64,000 nt of DNA from assembly GCA_016748015.1 (NCBI GenBank), contig JAAOMT010000523.1, forward strand, positions 618,156-682,155, read 5' to 3'. The stretch's first letter is position 1. Every line of letters begins with the position of its first letter. Made by a program: the position numbers and the translations under genes. This DNA is from Geosiphon pyriformis uo1. Taxonomy: Eukaryota > Fungi > Glomeromycota. The notes under the pieces were generated by a model. It was not told where the DNA came from, did no database searches, and was given only the letters and a program-made list of their open reading frames with translations. Shown here in pieces: positions 28,763-41,904 of the stretch.

Positions 28763-31700
28763 TTTTTTTTATTTTATTTAGAAAGTTTATTGAGTAATGT
28801 TCAATTGTTATCTAATATATAGAACCAAATTAAATGGTGTTACAGATGATTATTTCTGTTGTTGAATTGAATAACAAACCTGTAACTTGGTGCTTTATTA
28901 ATATAATGTTGTTGGTAATATTTGAAGGTATTGTTATCTGAAGGTTTTGGTTGAGTTTTTTATATAATGGACAGAGATTCAATGGTAATAGTAGTAGTTT
29001 TCCTGGAGTCACAATTATACCCAATTTCTTTCTCAGCTTGGCGGCCAGATTTATTCTGGCAGTCATGCCCTTCTGGTAAGCTATCTGTTAATATATATAA
29101 TTCTACTCTTATTTCTGGGTCTTTTACCAGGCTATCCTTGACGTCAATAACTCAGCGCTTAATCTTTTTAATCAATTAGTAAACAACAAAAGAAAATAAA
29201 ATAAAGAAAAATAAAAGAAAATAAAGAAATAAAGAAAATAAAATAAGAAATAAGTGTCCTGTCAATAGCCGTGATCAAGAGCTATTGTGCCAGCAGGTTA
29301 AGTAGTGGATAATAACATGGATTTGAAGATAATGGATAATTTCATTAATATGGGAGTGATTTCACTTCAAGTTATAGTATTCTATCTTTTGAAGGAAGGG
29401 TATTTAATAATTATGACCTGTGAGTCTAATTAACTCTGAGAGTCTTATTGACTCTCAGTCTTCTTAACTTTGAGTCTAATTGACTTTGGAAGTCTATTTG
29501 ACTGCCTAATTTTTCTCCTTTTTTCTAACTTCTGATACTACTGCTATATATACATAATTGAAATTTCTCAATTTCTCAATTCTTCATACCAGGAATCCTG
29601 GAATTTCTAGAATCCTGCAATTCCTTTGAGAAGAATTCTGGAATTCTGAAATCCTGCAATTCCTCATACGAGAATCCTGAAATTTCTGGAATCCTGCAAT
29701 TCCTCTAAGAGGAATTCTGGAATTCCACATTTACTATGTTTATTCTGATTGGCTAATTTATGTACTAATATTTAATTCCTATATTCTATGAGTAACAATG
29801 GCTTAAACTAAATATGATTCACACATTTAATACATGTGACTAGTCACTCAAGCCAAACAAAACAACACTAAACACTTATACTAATATGCATATCACAATC
29901 TAAACCAGAAAAAAAGAAACATGGTCTGTAACAACTAAAACTAACAGCAAAAAACTTGATAATGCCAAGCATCTTAACCATACTATTTGACAGCCTAGAC
30001 ACTAAACTACATAACAAACTTAATATTAAACTATTATCCTCAACCAAACCAGCTTTCTCCAACTTAACCCTATACTTAAATCGTATCAGCCAGGCCATAG
30101 AACAATACAACTTTACTAAAACTCTTATAAAATCAACAACAGCAAAGATAGCTTTTTTTTTTATCAAAAATTTTAAAAGCTTCTGTATATTAATTCTTCA
30201 ACACAAATCTTTTGTACACAACTATATATATGCTAATATTCAAAAAACAGTAAGAAAACATCTTTAAGACAGCAGAAAAGAATATACTATGAGCATCTGC
30301 CAAAGCAACTCATTGTGTAAAAGCTTTAATTAAAATTTCTTTATGAACACCAGTATTCTAAACACAAATGAAAATATAATCTAATAATTTCACTTTACCA
30401 CACAACAAACACAGCACACCAGAATATCTTTTATTATACAATTTTTTTTTAACTGCCATTAGTAACTGTCTGTGCACAGCTTTTATTAAGTACATATAAA
30501 AGTTAAAAGAATTTTGACTAGTAAAGTCAGCAAGCATATGCAAGTTAGAATGCCAAACTTTTACAGTAGCATTTCAATCTATATCTTTAATCAGTATATT
30601 TAAAATTATGTTACAGTCAAGACCAGCTTCCCAATAAGTATAACAAATAGACTTAAATTAATTCCTAACAAAATAGCAGATATTGTTAGATATGAGAGTG
30701 TTTTTAGCTACCAAAAAATGTTTCTGCATTCTTATTGGCAAAGAAAAAAAAAATGAACAGTTTTATCAGCCACAGCATCAGCTTTTACATTACCACAAAT
30801 CCCAAAATAACACTTAATTTTAACCCAATTTACAATAAAATTTTTATTTCTAATCAAATTAGCAATATGTTTTCTTTTTAACCAACATTAATTACAAAAA
30901 TTCAGCACAGCAAATAACATTTCAAACATACATGCATTAATAGCAGCTTGGCTGTTAAGATGCAAAACTATTTTACAAAAAGATAGGACACATTCCAAAA
31001 ACAATCCAACAGTCTGCAACTTGGCCATAGTAGAAAACAAAAGATCATAAACTCCAATACCAATACTTATATCCAAAGCAGAAAAATATGTAGTTGTCTC
31101 ATTAGTAACACTAGCAAACCCAGCATTTTTCAATGAACTATTGGTATAGACTTCAAAGAAGCCAGACCAAATCTCAAGTAAACCATCCTGTATATTAGAA
31201 AACTTTTTGAACTCCAAAATGTTTAAACCAGAGAACCAAATAGACACAGCAGAATCACATGACACAGAACTCCTATCATGCAAATATTTTGACATAAATT
31301 CAAACCAATAAGGCACAAAGTCTCTAAAATCTAGCCTCTTTTATTGACAAAAGGTCTTTCAATCCATCATATTGACTTTTTTGTCAAAAAGCCTATTATT
31401 AAAAGCAATTCCAAAATACTTTAAAGAACAAACTGAACTAAGGAACAAAGTCTCTTTCAAAATTAATAATATTGGAAAACAACCAAAAATACAAAAAACA
31501 TTGAACAAATTGTTTATCAAAAAAAGTTTATTGTTTGTAAAAATTTTCATTATTTCAGCCAAAAAATTGTTTATCAGACTAACATACAACCTAATAGGAT
31601 ACTGCAAAAAGTTTAAAGAAACCCAACTCAAAACTTGCAAATCCAAAAATCTGTGATTAAATAAACACCCAAAAATGCCTAAAGCATTAGAGAAAATGAT

Positions 31701-31979
31701 TAAAGTGACCAGTTTTCTTTTGACTAAACTTGCTCAAACAATTTTAAACCATACAAAAAAAATAATATAAAACTTTATTAGGGAAATCTTGAGGCAAACA
31801 GGCTTTAGACCTGAAGCCCTTTTTAATTATAATATTCCATTTGCAATATACACTTGATAAAACAAAACTAAACTACATCCTATAACTGACTATGGGCTGC
31901 AAAACAGCCAATACCAAATAAGAAAACTGTTTATCTGTGATAGTCTTCCTGAGTATTACATTAACAAAAAAATAAATAT
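28763..31979 (-). mobile_element. LINE fragment (post-RT region, RNase H, CCHC, 3' UTR, poly-A), cut by copy D and by a solo LTR
   Basis: ORFs 30888..31316 (EVYTNSSLK...AKLQTV...LNSQAA) and 30358..30543 (CLLCGKVKLLDYIFIC). T-tract 28763-28770. Confidence 0.87.
28838..29797 (-). repeat. Solo LTR, family A (carries TGACTC module)
   Basis: TGTTAC...GTAACA termini and a perfect TSD ATGG/ATGG, inside the LINE 3' UTR. Confidence 0.93.
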
Positions 31980-32781
31980 TGTTATGGGTAATTATTTGGG
32001 ATCTCAAATCAAATAACAAACTCATAACTTGGTGCTCAATTAATGATGTTGGTAATATCTGTAGGTTGTTTGTATTTGAAGGTTTTTGTTGAGTTCTTTG
32101 TATAATGAACAGAAATTTAATTGATAGTTTTATCTGTAGTTTCCTGAAACTGCAGTTTTATTAATTTCTTTCTCAACGTGATAGCCAGTAATTTTTTTGG
32201 TAAAATATCCTCAATTTCGAGTATCTATCCTTATTCCTGAGTTTTTTACCAGTGCTATATTCTGATGTTAGTACTTCTATGTGTAAATTCTTTTAATCAA
32301 ATTAGCAAAATAACAATAAAAATAAAGCAAGAAAAAGAAATAAAAAAATAAGCCAAGATGATTTGCATGTTAGTATTCCATCAATAGCCATAATTAAGAG
32401 CTATTGTTCCAGTATGGTTAAGTATCAATTACTATCAACATAAAGTGTTGATAGTGAGAAGTAGATTGAGATAGTAAATAATTATTTATTAATATTTGGA
32501 AATAAAAAGATTGCTTAGATCAAATCTAAACTGAGAGGTCTGTCTTTTTTACTTCTAATGCTACTATTATATATACATAATTGAGATTCCTCAATTCCTT
32601 AATTCTTTACACCAGGAATCCTAGAATTTCTGAAATCCTGCGATTTTTTGTATAAGAATTCTGAAATTTCTGGAATTCTGCAATTCTTCTAAGAAGAATC
32701 CTGGAATTCCATATTTACTATGGCTATTTCTGATTGGCTAATTTATATGTTAATATACTTTTTATATTTTTATGAGTAACA

Positions 32782-33455
32782 TTATTCTCTTTTCTTTAAT
32801 ATTGAGCTCCATTGAGATTTCCTAACTCTAATTCTTTGTCTTTGAGTATTTCTTGAACTTTTTTTTTGAGAATTACTTGAGTTATCTTGTTCTGTAATTC
32901 TTCAAATTAGGCATTGGTTATTTTTCCCATTTGGTTGACAGTGATAGTGTTCATTGCTGGATTAAGTAAGATTTCTGGTCAGTCTTGAAATCTAGTATAT
33001 AATCAATAGATAGCTCTTGCTTGTATTGTTAGATTGTTCTTTCTCACAAATTTCTCAAGTTGTTGTAATATTGTTGTATTTAATAATTGTTTTGTTTTAT
33101 CTGTATATAAGTTCTGGATATTCAGATGTTGTTTCAAGTGGAAATAACAAAAGTTTTTGGGAAATTGTTGTAACCACCACTTCCAAGTTTCTTTAGTCAA
33201 TTCTTAATATGGAGTGGCTATTGTTGGTTTTTCTATTGCCAATTTTATTTTTATGAATATTTTGTCGATGGTGTTTTTTGATTTCTTCTGTATTTTGTAT
33301 TTAGGTATCTTTCTGATATCTTTATATCAAATGGTTTGTTGGTTGATAGTAATTTCCATATTTTGTTGTTGAATTAATTGAAAAAGTTGTTGTGCTAGTG
33401 AGTAAATGTCATCAATAATTTCCATTTTTTTGATGTTTTTTGTCATGTTTACCAT
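32782..33455 (-). pseudogene. Extra ORF (ORF3, ~225 codons) between integrase and PPT, unknown function
   Basis: One frame, MVNMTKNIKKMEIIDDIYSLAQQLFQ...ETWKWWLQQFP...ARAIYxLYTRF...SSILKKRE-TAA, broken only by transition-type stops. Homologues at 50543-51215 (-) and ~20320-21032 (+). Confidence 0.7.
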
Positions 33456-36400
33456 GATTTTATATTCTTTTGGTCAATTAATTTGACATGTTTGTGTTGA
33501 TGATAATGATTGGTTCTAGATCTCATGAAATCTTATCTGGTTGGACCAGTATTCTTTGTACTCCTAGTTGTAAAATATTACTGGTGAATAATAACACTAT
33601 ATAGTAATATGGTTTTAGTCAATCACTATGTGCTACTTTGGCTAAAATTTTGTTGTCCTATTTTAATTTATAAGCTCTATTTTTAAAAATTTCTTTTATG
33701 TAAAATGGTCCATTCCATTTGGGATTAAATTTTCCACTCCATTGTTTCTTTGCTTTGGTACAATATAGAAGTACTTTGTTTCCAATTTTGAATTTAACTA
33801 GTTTATTTGGTAGTTGGTTATTGTGTCTTTCTTTTTGTTTTTTTTGTGACTTCTGGATGTTATCAACTGCTCTTTGCCATTTGTTTTCTAGTGTTTCTAT
33901 TAAGTCATATGTTTTTTTCAATAATGTTCTTTGGAAATTTTTTTTTGTTATTGGTTTTGTTGGATATGTTTGTACTTTTATCTCAACTGGTAATATTGCT
34001 GTTCTACTATATACTAATTCAAATAATATTGCTTGTATAGGGTCTTGCTTTATTGTCTGATAAGCAAATAATATTGATGATATAAACAAATCTCATTTGT
34101 CCTGGTTTTTTTGGCTGATTTTGGCAATTGCTTCACACAATATTTTATTAAATTTTTCTATTAGTTCATTGGTTTATGAATGATATAATGATGATAATGG
34201 TCTTTTTATCTCAAATCTTTTACTTAATTTTGCCAATATTCTATTTACAAAGTGAGTTACTTGATTTGATAATAGTTTTTTTGGACATTAATATCAACAA
34301 ATCAAGTCTTGATAAACAAATTTGGCAACAGATTCTGTATCTGCTCTTTAAATAGCTTTTGCTTCTGGCCATTTTGTAAGATAGTCCATGGTTACTGCAA
34401 TATATCTGTTGTTTCTGCTAGTTATGGTTAATGATCTAACTAAGTCAATTCTAATGTGATCAAATAATTGTCTTATTTTGATTGGTCTTAATGATTCACT
34501 GGATTTTGTTTCTCCTCTTTTTTGACAAGCATTACAATTTTGAACATACTGAATGATGCCTGGATACATAGATGGCCAATAATATTTTTTTCTGGTTCTT
34601 TCCATGGTTGCTTCTTTGTGAAAATATTCTACTGTTAGATCTGAGTACATGTTGAACAATATTGTCTTTTTCTCTGGTTCTGTAATTACTCTGATTGGTT
34701 AATTTGGGTTTCTTTTTTCTTCTGGTAAAGTATATTTTGATGGTTGATAAAATATTTTAATTGTTGTTTTATGTAATTTTGTTCTTTTTAAGATAATTTT
34801 TCCTTGAACAATTGGGTATTTATATAATATTAGAGTTGTTGGTATTTTTGTATATTCATTTTTTGCTATATTTTTGGGTTGAAATGTTTTTCAGATTTGT
34901 CTCATTTGCAATAAGCTGTTAGTATTTCCGTTTTTTTTTTCTTTTTTGTAATGTACTGTATAATTAAATGATGAAAGTTCTATTTTCCATCTGACATGAT
35001 GATCATCTCCAAATTTTTGCTTCTGGATTGAAGTCAATCCTTTATGATTAGTATACACATCAAACTTTTGGCTCAAGTATTTCTTTTATTTTATGACTGC
35101 CTAATAGATTGCTAAGTGTTCTAATGCTGATGTTCTATAGTTCTTTTTAGCTGAACTCAAACTTCAGTTGACATATGCTACTGGATGTTCTCTTTCATCC
35201 AGTCCTCTCTGCAATAGTACTGCTCTTAATGCTTGGCCTAATGTATTAGTGATAATGACAAATAATTTGCTGTAATCTAAATACATCAACACTAGAGCTT
35301 GAATAAGCTTTCTTCTTAATATGTCAAAAGCTTCTTGTTGGTTTTTTATCCATTCATACTTGGTGTTTTTTAATTGGAGCTAGTGTAATGGCTGAGCCAG
35401 TTTAGAAAAATCTTTGATAAAGCAGTAATAGTATCTGGCAAATTTCAAAAATGCTTTAAGTTCTGTTAAATTGGTTGGTACTAAAAAGTTCTTTACTATT
35501 GCAATCTTATTTGGATCTGTTTTGATGCCATCTTTGTTTATGACATGTCCCAAGAATTTTAATTCTGTCTTGTCAAAAAAACACTTGGTTGCATTTAATT
35601 TCAATTCTGTTCTTTTTAATCTTTCAAACACTTATTGAAAATGATGTAAATAATCATTAAATGTCTTGGAAAACATATTGGTGTTATTCAAGTATATGAC
35701 TACTGATTTCTATAGCAGTCCAGTATAGACAATTTTCATGAGTTGTTGAAATATGGCAGGAGCATTTATCAAACCAAATGGCATAACTTCAAATTCAAAA
35801 TTTTTTTCTTGAGTTGTAAATACTATTTTCTTCTTGTTTTCTGGTTTTATGGCTACTTGTCAATAACTACTGTCTAAATCTAAAGTTGAAAACCATTTTT
35901 TTCCTCCAAAAGCATCAAAAAGTTCTTGGATCTTTAGAGTTGGGTAGCTATTTTTTTTGTTACTCTATTTAGCTTCTGGTAATCCACACAAAAGCAGATT
36001 TTTCCATTTTTCTTATGGACTAGTATTACTAATGATGACTATGGATTCATTGATGGCCTAATTAGCTTATTGTTAAGCATTTGATTGATTTCTTGATGAA
36101 TGATTTCATGGCTGGCTGGGAGTACTTGGTATGCTCTTTGTTTGATTGGCATTGCATCTTCAGTTTTGATCTGGTGCTGGATTATGTCAGTTCTTTCAAA
36201 TTCGTTTTTACTGACAAAGATATTATTGAAATTGTTGAGTAATATCTTAAGCTGTATATATTATAATGGGTCTAAATTTCCCAAGTTTATCTGTTCCAAT
36301 TGTTTTGGTTGAAGCAGATAACATTCTTCTCATCTATATATTGTTTAAAATGTAATATGTAAATATCCACACAGTTGTGGAAAATTTGAAATAGAGTTTG

Positions 36401-37349
36401 GTAATTGTTCTTTAATTTTGGTGGTTAAATATCCAATGATAGTTTTTTTTGGTATCTCAATGATATCTCCCATGTTGTTGTAGATGGGAATTTTTATGTG
36501 ACTATGGTTCTTGGCTAGTATGTATAGATTAATTAATCCAATCTCTTTTGATTCATAAAAAGTTGTTTCTGCCTCAAAAATCTGAACCTGATCCTTTACT
36601 TTTTTTTCTATGACTACCATGTACTTGTTATATGATAAAATAAAAATTGATTGACGAGTAGAGATAATTTCTCTCTTGTCAATAATTTTTTCTTCTGCCA
36701 TATTAACTGGTATATTTATTCTACCTATTAATCTGAAACTCTGTATCTCTCTAGCCATAATCTTTAATTCTTCTCTTTTTTTCACTGCCACTAACTGAGC
36801 TATTTTTACCAGAAGTAGGAATATTGCCTGTGCTATTTTTTCATTTGGCTCTATGATATAAGCTTTTTCAGAGTCATTCTGTAGTATTACAATAATGTTT
36901 CCTACATATCTTGTATTAATTATTTCTTCTTTGATGTTGATTCCCTTTTTCACTAAACTACTCTTAGATGCTAGTTAAACTATTATTGTTGCTGGGATTT
37001 CCAGTGCTATTTTGAGATTAATGCATGTGTGCAAATATGGTTCCAATTTGATAGTGTTCTTTTCTGGATATTTTAGATTAAACCCAGCATTAGTATTATG
37101 TACATATTCTGGCATAATATCTTCATTATTATTGCTGAACCATTTAAGTTCCTGCTCCTTGATGAGATCAAAAAGTGTGATAAATGTTTCAAAATTTGAA
37201 TTAGAGTCCAAATTGTTGTTATTTTCATTGCCATTTTGAGTGGAACTGAAACTGTTGTTTTCATCATCATTATTGTTGGAGTTTAAATTAGAATTGAAAA
37301 TTGATTCTAATTCTGATGCACAGCTGCTAATTGGTTTTTTTTCCTCTGG

Positions 37350-38020
37350 AATTGTGTAGATCATGCATGATGGTGGATTGTAAATGAGATCACACTCATT
37401 ACAATATTGAAAGTCACAGAAAATCAAACAATGATTATATAGTCGTGTGTTTATTTTTTCTAACTGTTGCTCTTGTTTTTCTTGAGTGGGTGCTAATTTC
37501 TGATAGTGCTTATGGAATTGTTTTAGGTCCATAGGTTCTAGTATAATATCTGGATTTGGGTTCCAGTTAAATTTTATGGGTTCTGGTAAGTTGTTTTTGA
37601 TCATTCTTATTTCTTCTGCTAAAGCTCTCTTGATTTTGGCAAGTGCCATTTACCAGATTTTGTTATCATTGTGTAAACAGCCATTCAAGCATTTAACTGT
37701 TTGTCTTTAGGCAGTGTCTATAGGTGTTTTCTTTCTTATCCAGTTGTTTATAAGAATTGTATACTAACATGATTCGTCACAGATTCCTCCTTGTCCAGAA
37801 ATGTTGTTCCATATTTTTTTGTTTAATAGAGTTTTTTTGCAAGCAAGACAAGATTTGTTGTTCTATTTTTTTTGCTGTTTCAGTCGTCCAAAGCATTTTA
37901 TGACACATGGGCAACAGTAAAATCTTGTTGCTATGTGGTATTTCTTATCATCACTACAGCATGCACTTATTAATAACAATTTCTTGCCACAATTAATGCA
38001 TATGAGCTTTGGTTGGCGAT
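37350..38020 (-). pseudogene. Cys-rich domain of unknown function within pol (between protease and dUTPase)
   Basis: CINCGKKL..ACC..FYCCPC..CLACKK..CDESC..NHCLIFCDFQYCNECDLIY. Present in all five family A copies. Confidence 0.7.
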
Positions 38021-41000
38021 AAGTAGATTATTGTGATGTAGTATAGGTGTAGGAATTATAAGTGGTGGTGCTGGTGGGTATTGTTTCTTCTTCCTTCTCT
38101 TTTCTCTTTTCCTTGTCAGTTTTTTCTCACTCCCAAGTTGATAATTTGTTTGGGTTATTGTTAGTTTCCCAGACTTGGTTGGCATTCCAGGTAAGTTTTT
38201 TCTTTTGTTTTCCTTTTTCATTGTCATTCCAAGAGGGTATTGGCAGTAACTTGTTGTGGTTGTCTTCAGTTCATGACACTTGATAGGCTTTCCAAGTAAG
38301 TTTCTTCTCTTCTTCCTTGAACTTAATAAGTGATGCTGGCATATTGGTGGTCTTGAAATGGCCACACATGGCTGGTATGTATATGTGTCAACTGTTTTGG
38401 CTAAGTTGAAGCTCTTGTGTGTTCCAATCAAGCATTGTATTGGTTTTGGACAGCCAATCATTATTAACAAGTGTTTGATATTGAGTAGCTTCTATGACTA
38501 ATATCTTGATTGGCACAATGATGCTGTTGACTTCTATAAGAAAGTTATCAATTTTGCCAATTGGAGTTTTGGTTGCTCCATCAGCAGTAATGATTCATGC
38601 ATTAACAGTTTGATTAACTCAGTAACCTAATTGGTCCATGAGTTGTTTTGTAATAATACTGCCAGCTGATCCACTATTAAGGATCAGTTTGATAGAGTGA
38701 CTATTAACTTTAGTATTAGTGTACATGGTGGTGATAGGTTTTTTTTAAGAACAGCTCCACTAAATAATGGCATGGTTAACAGTTTCTTGAGTTCAAATGA
38801 GAAAATGGTGTCCAGTAATTTGTTCTCAATGATAGTAACTGGTGGAATATTGTTAGTAGATGTTGGAATGTGATTGGTTTTCTGGTTGTTAGATAGGATG
38901 TCTTTTGGGGTTACCAGAAAACTTAAATAGTTCTGAGAATTAGGGTTTTGGGTGTATCTAACTCCCAAACTTCACTGGTGTGATCCTGATGGGTGATTTG
39001 ATGAACTGGGGATTGGTTGGTAAACCACTATTACTGATTTTCAGTTTTGGGTAACTCTGGATTTGGGGTTTCTTAATGTTATTTGGGTGGGGTTTTGGGG
39101 CAGTGTTTGAAGTTGCTGAGATTGATAAATTACTGGTGGCTGTGATTAATATATTACTTGTGGCTGTGGTTAATATACGGGTGGTTGATAAATAGGCTAC
39201 TGCATTATTGACAGGTAAGTAGATTGATATTGATCTTGATTTGTATAATGACTCAGCATTTGAAGTCTGTGATCGGAATTTCTATATTAATTTCCCGATT
39301 GTATGTTACTATAAGAATGATAGTTAGCTCAAATATGGTCTTGTTTACCACAGTTGTGGTAGACACGCATTTCTGGCTACTATGGCTAATTGGATGATGA
39401 GAATAGACATGGCTGATTTTGGAAATGGTTTGTGTTTTCTTGATTACTGTGTCATTGTGGAGGTTAATAAATTGTCTAATTATTGTTAGCTAAGTATTTC
39501 TTGATTTTCTGATTGATTGAATTGCTGAAGTGCTTCAGTTTAGAATCTAGATCAGATGATCTATTCATTACTAAATTTACAGCTTGAGCATAATTGGCTT
39601 CTAACTTAGCTAACTTAAAATCTCTGGTGTGTGTAACTGTGTCTTACAGGATGGCTGGATGCATTGGTTGTATGCATTGTAAGATGCTGCTGTGTAATCT
39701 GCAAATAAACTGATTCAGAATTTGCACTACTGTAAAATAATTGGCATCAATAGCTTGAATTTGGTGCAGATTTCTGTGGAAACATTCTAAGTAAATAGTG
39801 ACTGTTTCTGTGTTCCCTTGCTTTATGGTGGTAAAGATACTTGTCAGGTAGTTGATGCTGTTATTATCACTAAAGTATCTTAAGAATTCTAATTTAAATG
39901 CATCAAAGTTTTGGGGTTTCTGGATTAAGCTATGATATTATATATCAGCAGTATCCTTGAAAAAATATGGAATGACTTGCATTGTTCTGGCATCATCCTA
40001 GTTATTGGTAGTAATGGCTTTGGTGACATAATTAATCCATACTTGGGCATCATCTTCTTTACCAAAAAAATTTTCCAGCTTTGTGATTGGTGCATATGTC
40101 ATTTGTTGTTGTTGTTGTGATAGTTAAAGTTGTTGTTGCAACTATTAAAGCAGTTGTTGTGGTTGTTGAAATGGTTAAAGCAGTTGTTGAATAGATTTTT
40201 GAAATGGCTGCTGTTGAATCAGTTCAATAATTGGTTCAATTGGTGGCTGATCAATGATGATTACTGAAGATAAGTTTTGCTAATTAATTGTTTCAGGGTT
40301 TGAATTGTTTTGAATTTGCTGGGTTTGAATGTTCAGAGTTTTAACTTCCAGATTTTCTAGGATTGGGTTTTGGTAAGTAAATTCCTGATTCTCACTTTCT
40401 TTTTCTTTTGATTCTGTTACTTCTTATAAACTTGCAATTCCAAAATCTGGTTAAAGTAGTAGTAATCAAAATCCTGATGGCATTGGTGATCATAATTTAA
40501 ATCCTTCAAAATATTCGCCATATGGTCCTAATAACTCTGCTCTTCTTTGTTTACTTTAAAATGAGAATTGTCCAAAGGTTGATGTTACATTTAATGTAGA
40601 TGCATCTGCTAAGGAGATATTGATAGCACTTCTTAGTGTATAATAGTATGATGGATTGGTTGGTGATTCAACTCTGGTTTTTTTCCAAGTGGGTAGTTAT
40701 ATCTTTTTGGGTGTTACCATTGGTGTTTGCAATCTTCCTTTGCCTTTGTCTACATAGGTGATGAGGAATTGTTGTTGGGTGTACTTTTCAATAGTTTGAT
40801 TGATTTTCTTGATAATTGGTGCAAAACTGTAGTTTCTTGGTAAGCTGGTATGTTGAAACAATTCTGTATAGAAATTTTTTTTTGCAAATTCAATGTTAAC
40901 TGTTCCTTTTAAGCAGTCTGTGATTTTATCATTGACATAAAAGTTAAAGGCTAATTCTGCTAAAAAATAATTATTGTTTAATTTTAATTGTTGGCTGTAC

Positions 41001-41904
41001 TGTTAAAACAAAGATTTGGTGAATCTTAAATGATTTGCTCCTATGATTTCTGATTCTGCCACTTTTGGATGATTGTTGTTGGTGCTGGTTTTTTGTAGAA
41101 TTATACCTCACAGGAAGCACCAAATGTTACAGATAATTATTTGGGGTCTCAAATCAAATAACAAAACTCATAACTTGGTGCTCAGAAGCTATTTGCGATG
41201 ATGATAATCTAAAGATATTGTTATTTGAAGATTTTGGTTGAGTTCTTTGTATAATAGACAGAGATTCAATAGTTGTTTATTTGTAGCTTCTTAGAATTGC
41301 AGTTCTGTCAATTTTTTTCTTCAGCTTAATGGCCAGTACTCTTCTGGTAAGTAATCTGTAATTCTTTTATATGCTCTACTCACTCACAGAGGTCTTTTAC
41401 TAGGCAATTTTTAACATTAATAACTCGGCACTTTAATTTTTTAATTAGTATACAACAAAAAAAATAACAAAAAATAAAAGAAATAAAAGAAAATAAAGAA
41501 ATAAGCCAAAACAATAAAGTTAGTATCTTATCAATAGCCATAATTAAGAACTATTGTTTCAGTGTAGTTAAGTATCAATTACTACCAACATGAAGTGTTG
41601 ATAATAGAGAGTGAATTTGAGATAGTAAATAATTATTTATTTGATATTTATAATGTGGAAGGTTGCTTAAATCAAATCTAAACTAAGAAGTCTGTCTTTT
41701 TTTCTTTTAATGCTACCACTATATATACATAATTGATGTTTTATGAGATCATTTACATTTCTGAGTGATGTGCTATAATTTTTTGAGCAATGTGCTATAA
41801 TTTTTGACATTGCTTCACATTGCTAAGCAATGTGCTCACATGCTAACTACTACTCTCTTATTGGTCTACTATTTTCTATATCTGTTTTCTTTTTGTGAGT
41901 AATA

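Larger units (their letters stand above)
31980..41904 (-). mobile_element. Ty3/Gypsy family A copy D, full internal region, with dissimilar LTRs (3' 31980-32781; 5' 41125-41904)
   Basis: Integrase ORFs 33658..34089 (WNGPFYI) and 34348..34659 (H..YYWP..CNAC..DYLTKWPEA), RNase H 34891, RT 35380, dUTPase 36345..37112, protease ~38650, PBS 41106-41124, PPT 32782-32797. Confidence 0.93.

Noticed and set aside
28830-29066. Short ORFs inside LTR U5 (also 11119, 21676, 62084)
   Set aside because: Starts and stops are not conserved among LTR copies and there is no recognisable domain.
33480-33660. Chromodomain at the integrase C-terminus
   Set aside because: The GPF/Y module is present but no chromodomain aromatic-cage pattern is recognisable before the stop.
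33719-34060. Hydrophobic antisense ORFs (also 13502, 38062, 50886, 51537, 56474) as membrane proteins
   Set aside because: They are shadows of the A-rich pol strand, with no consistent boundaries between copies.
41106-41124. tRNA gene at CCTCACAGGAAGCACCA
   Set aside because: Only the 3'-terminal 17 nt are present; this is the PBS, with no cloverleaf.
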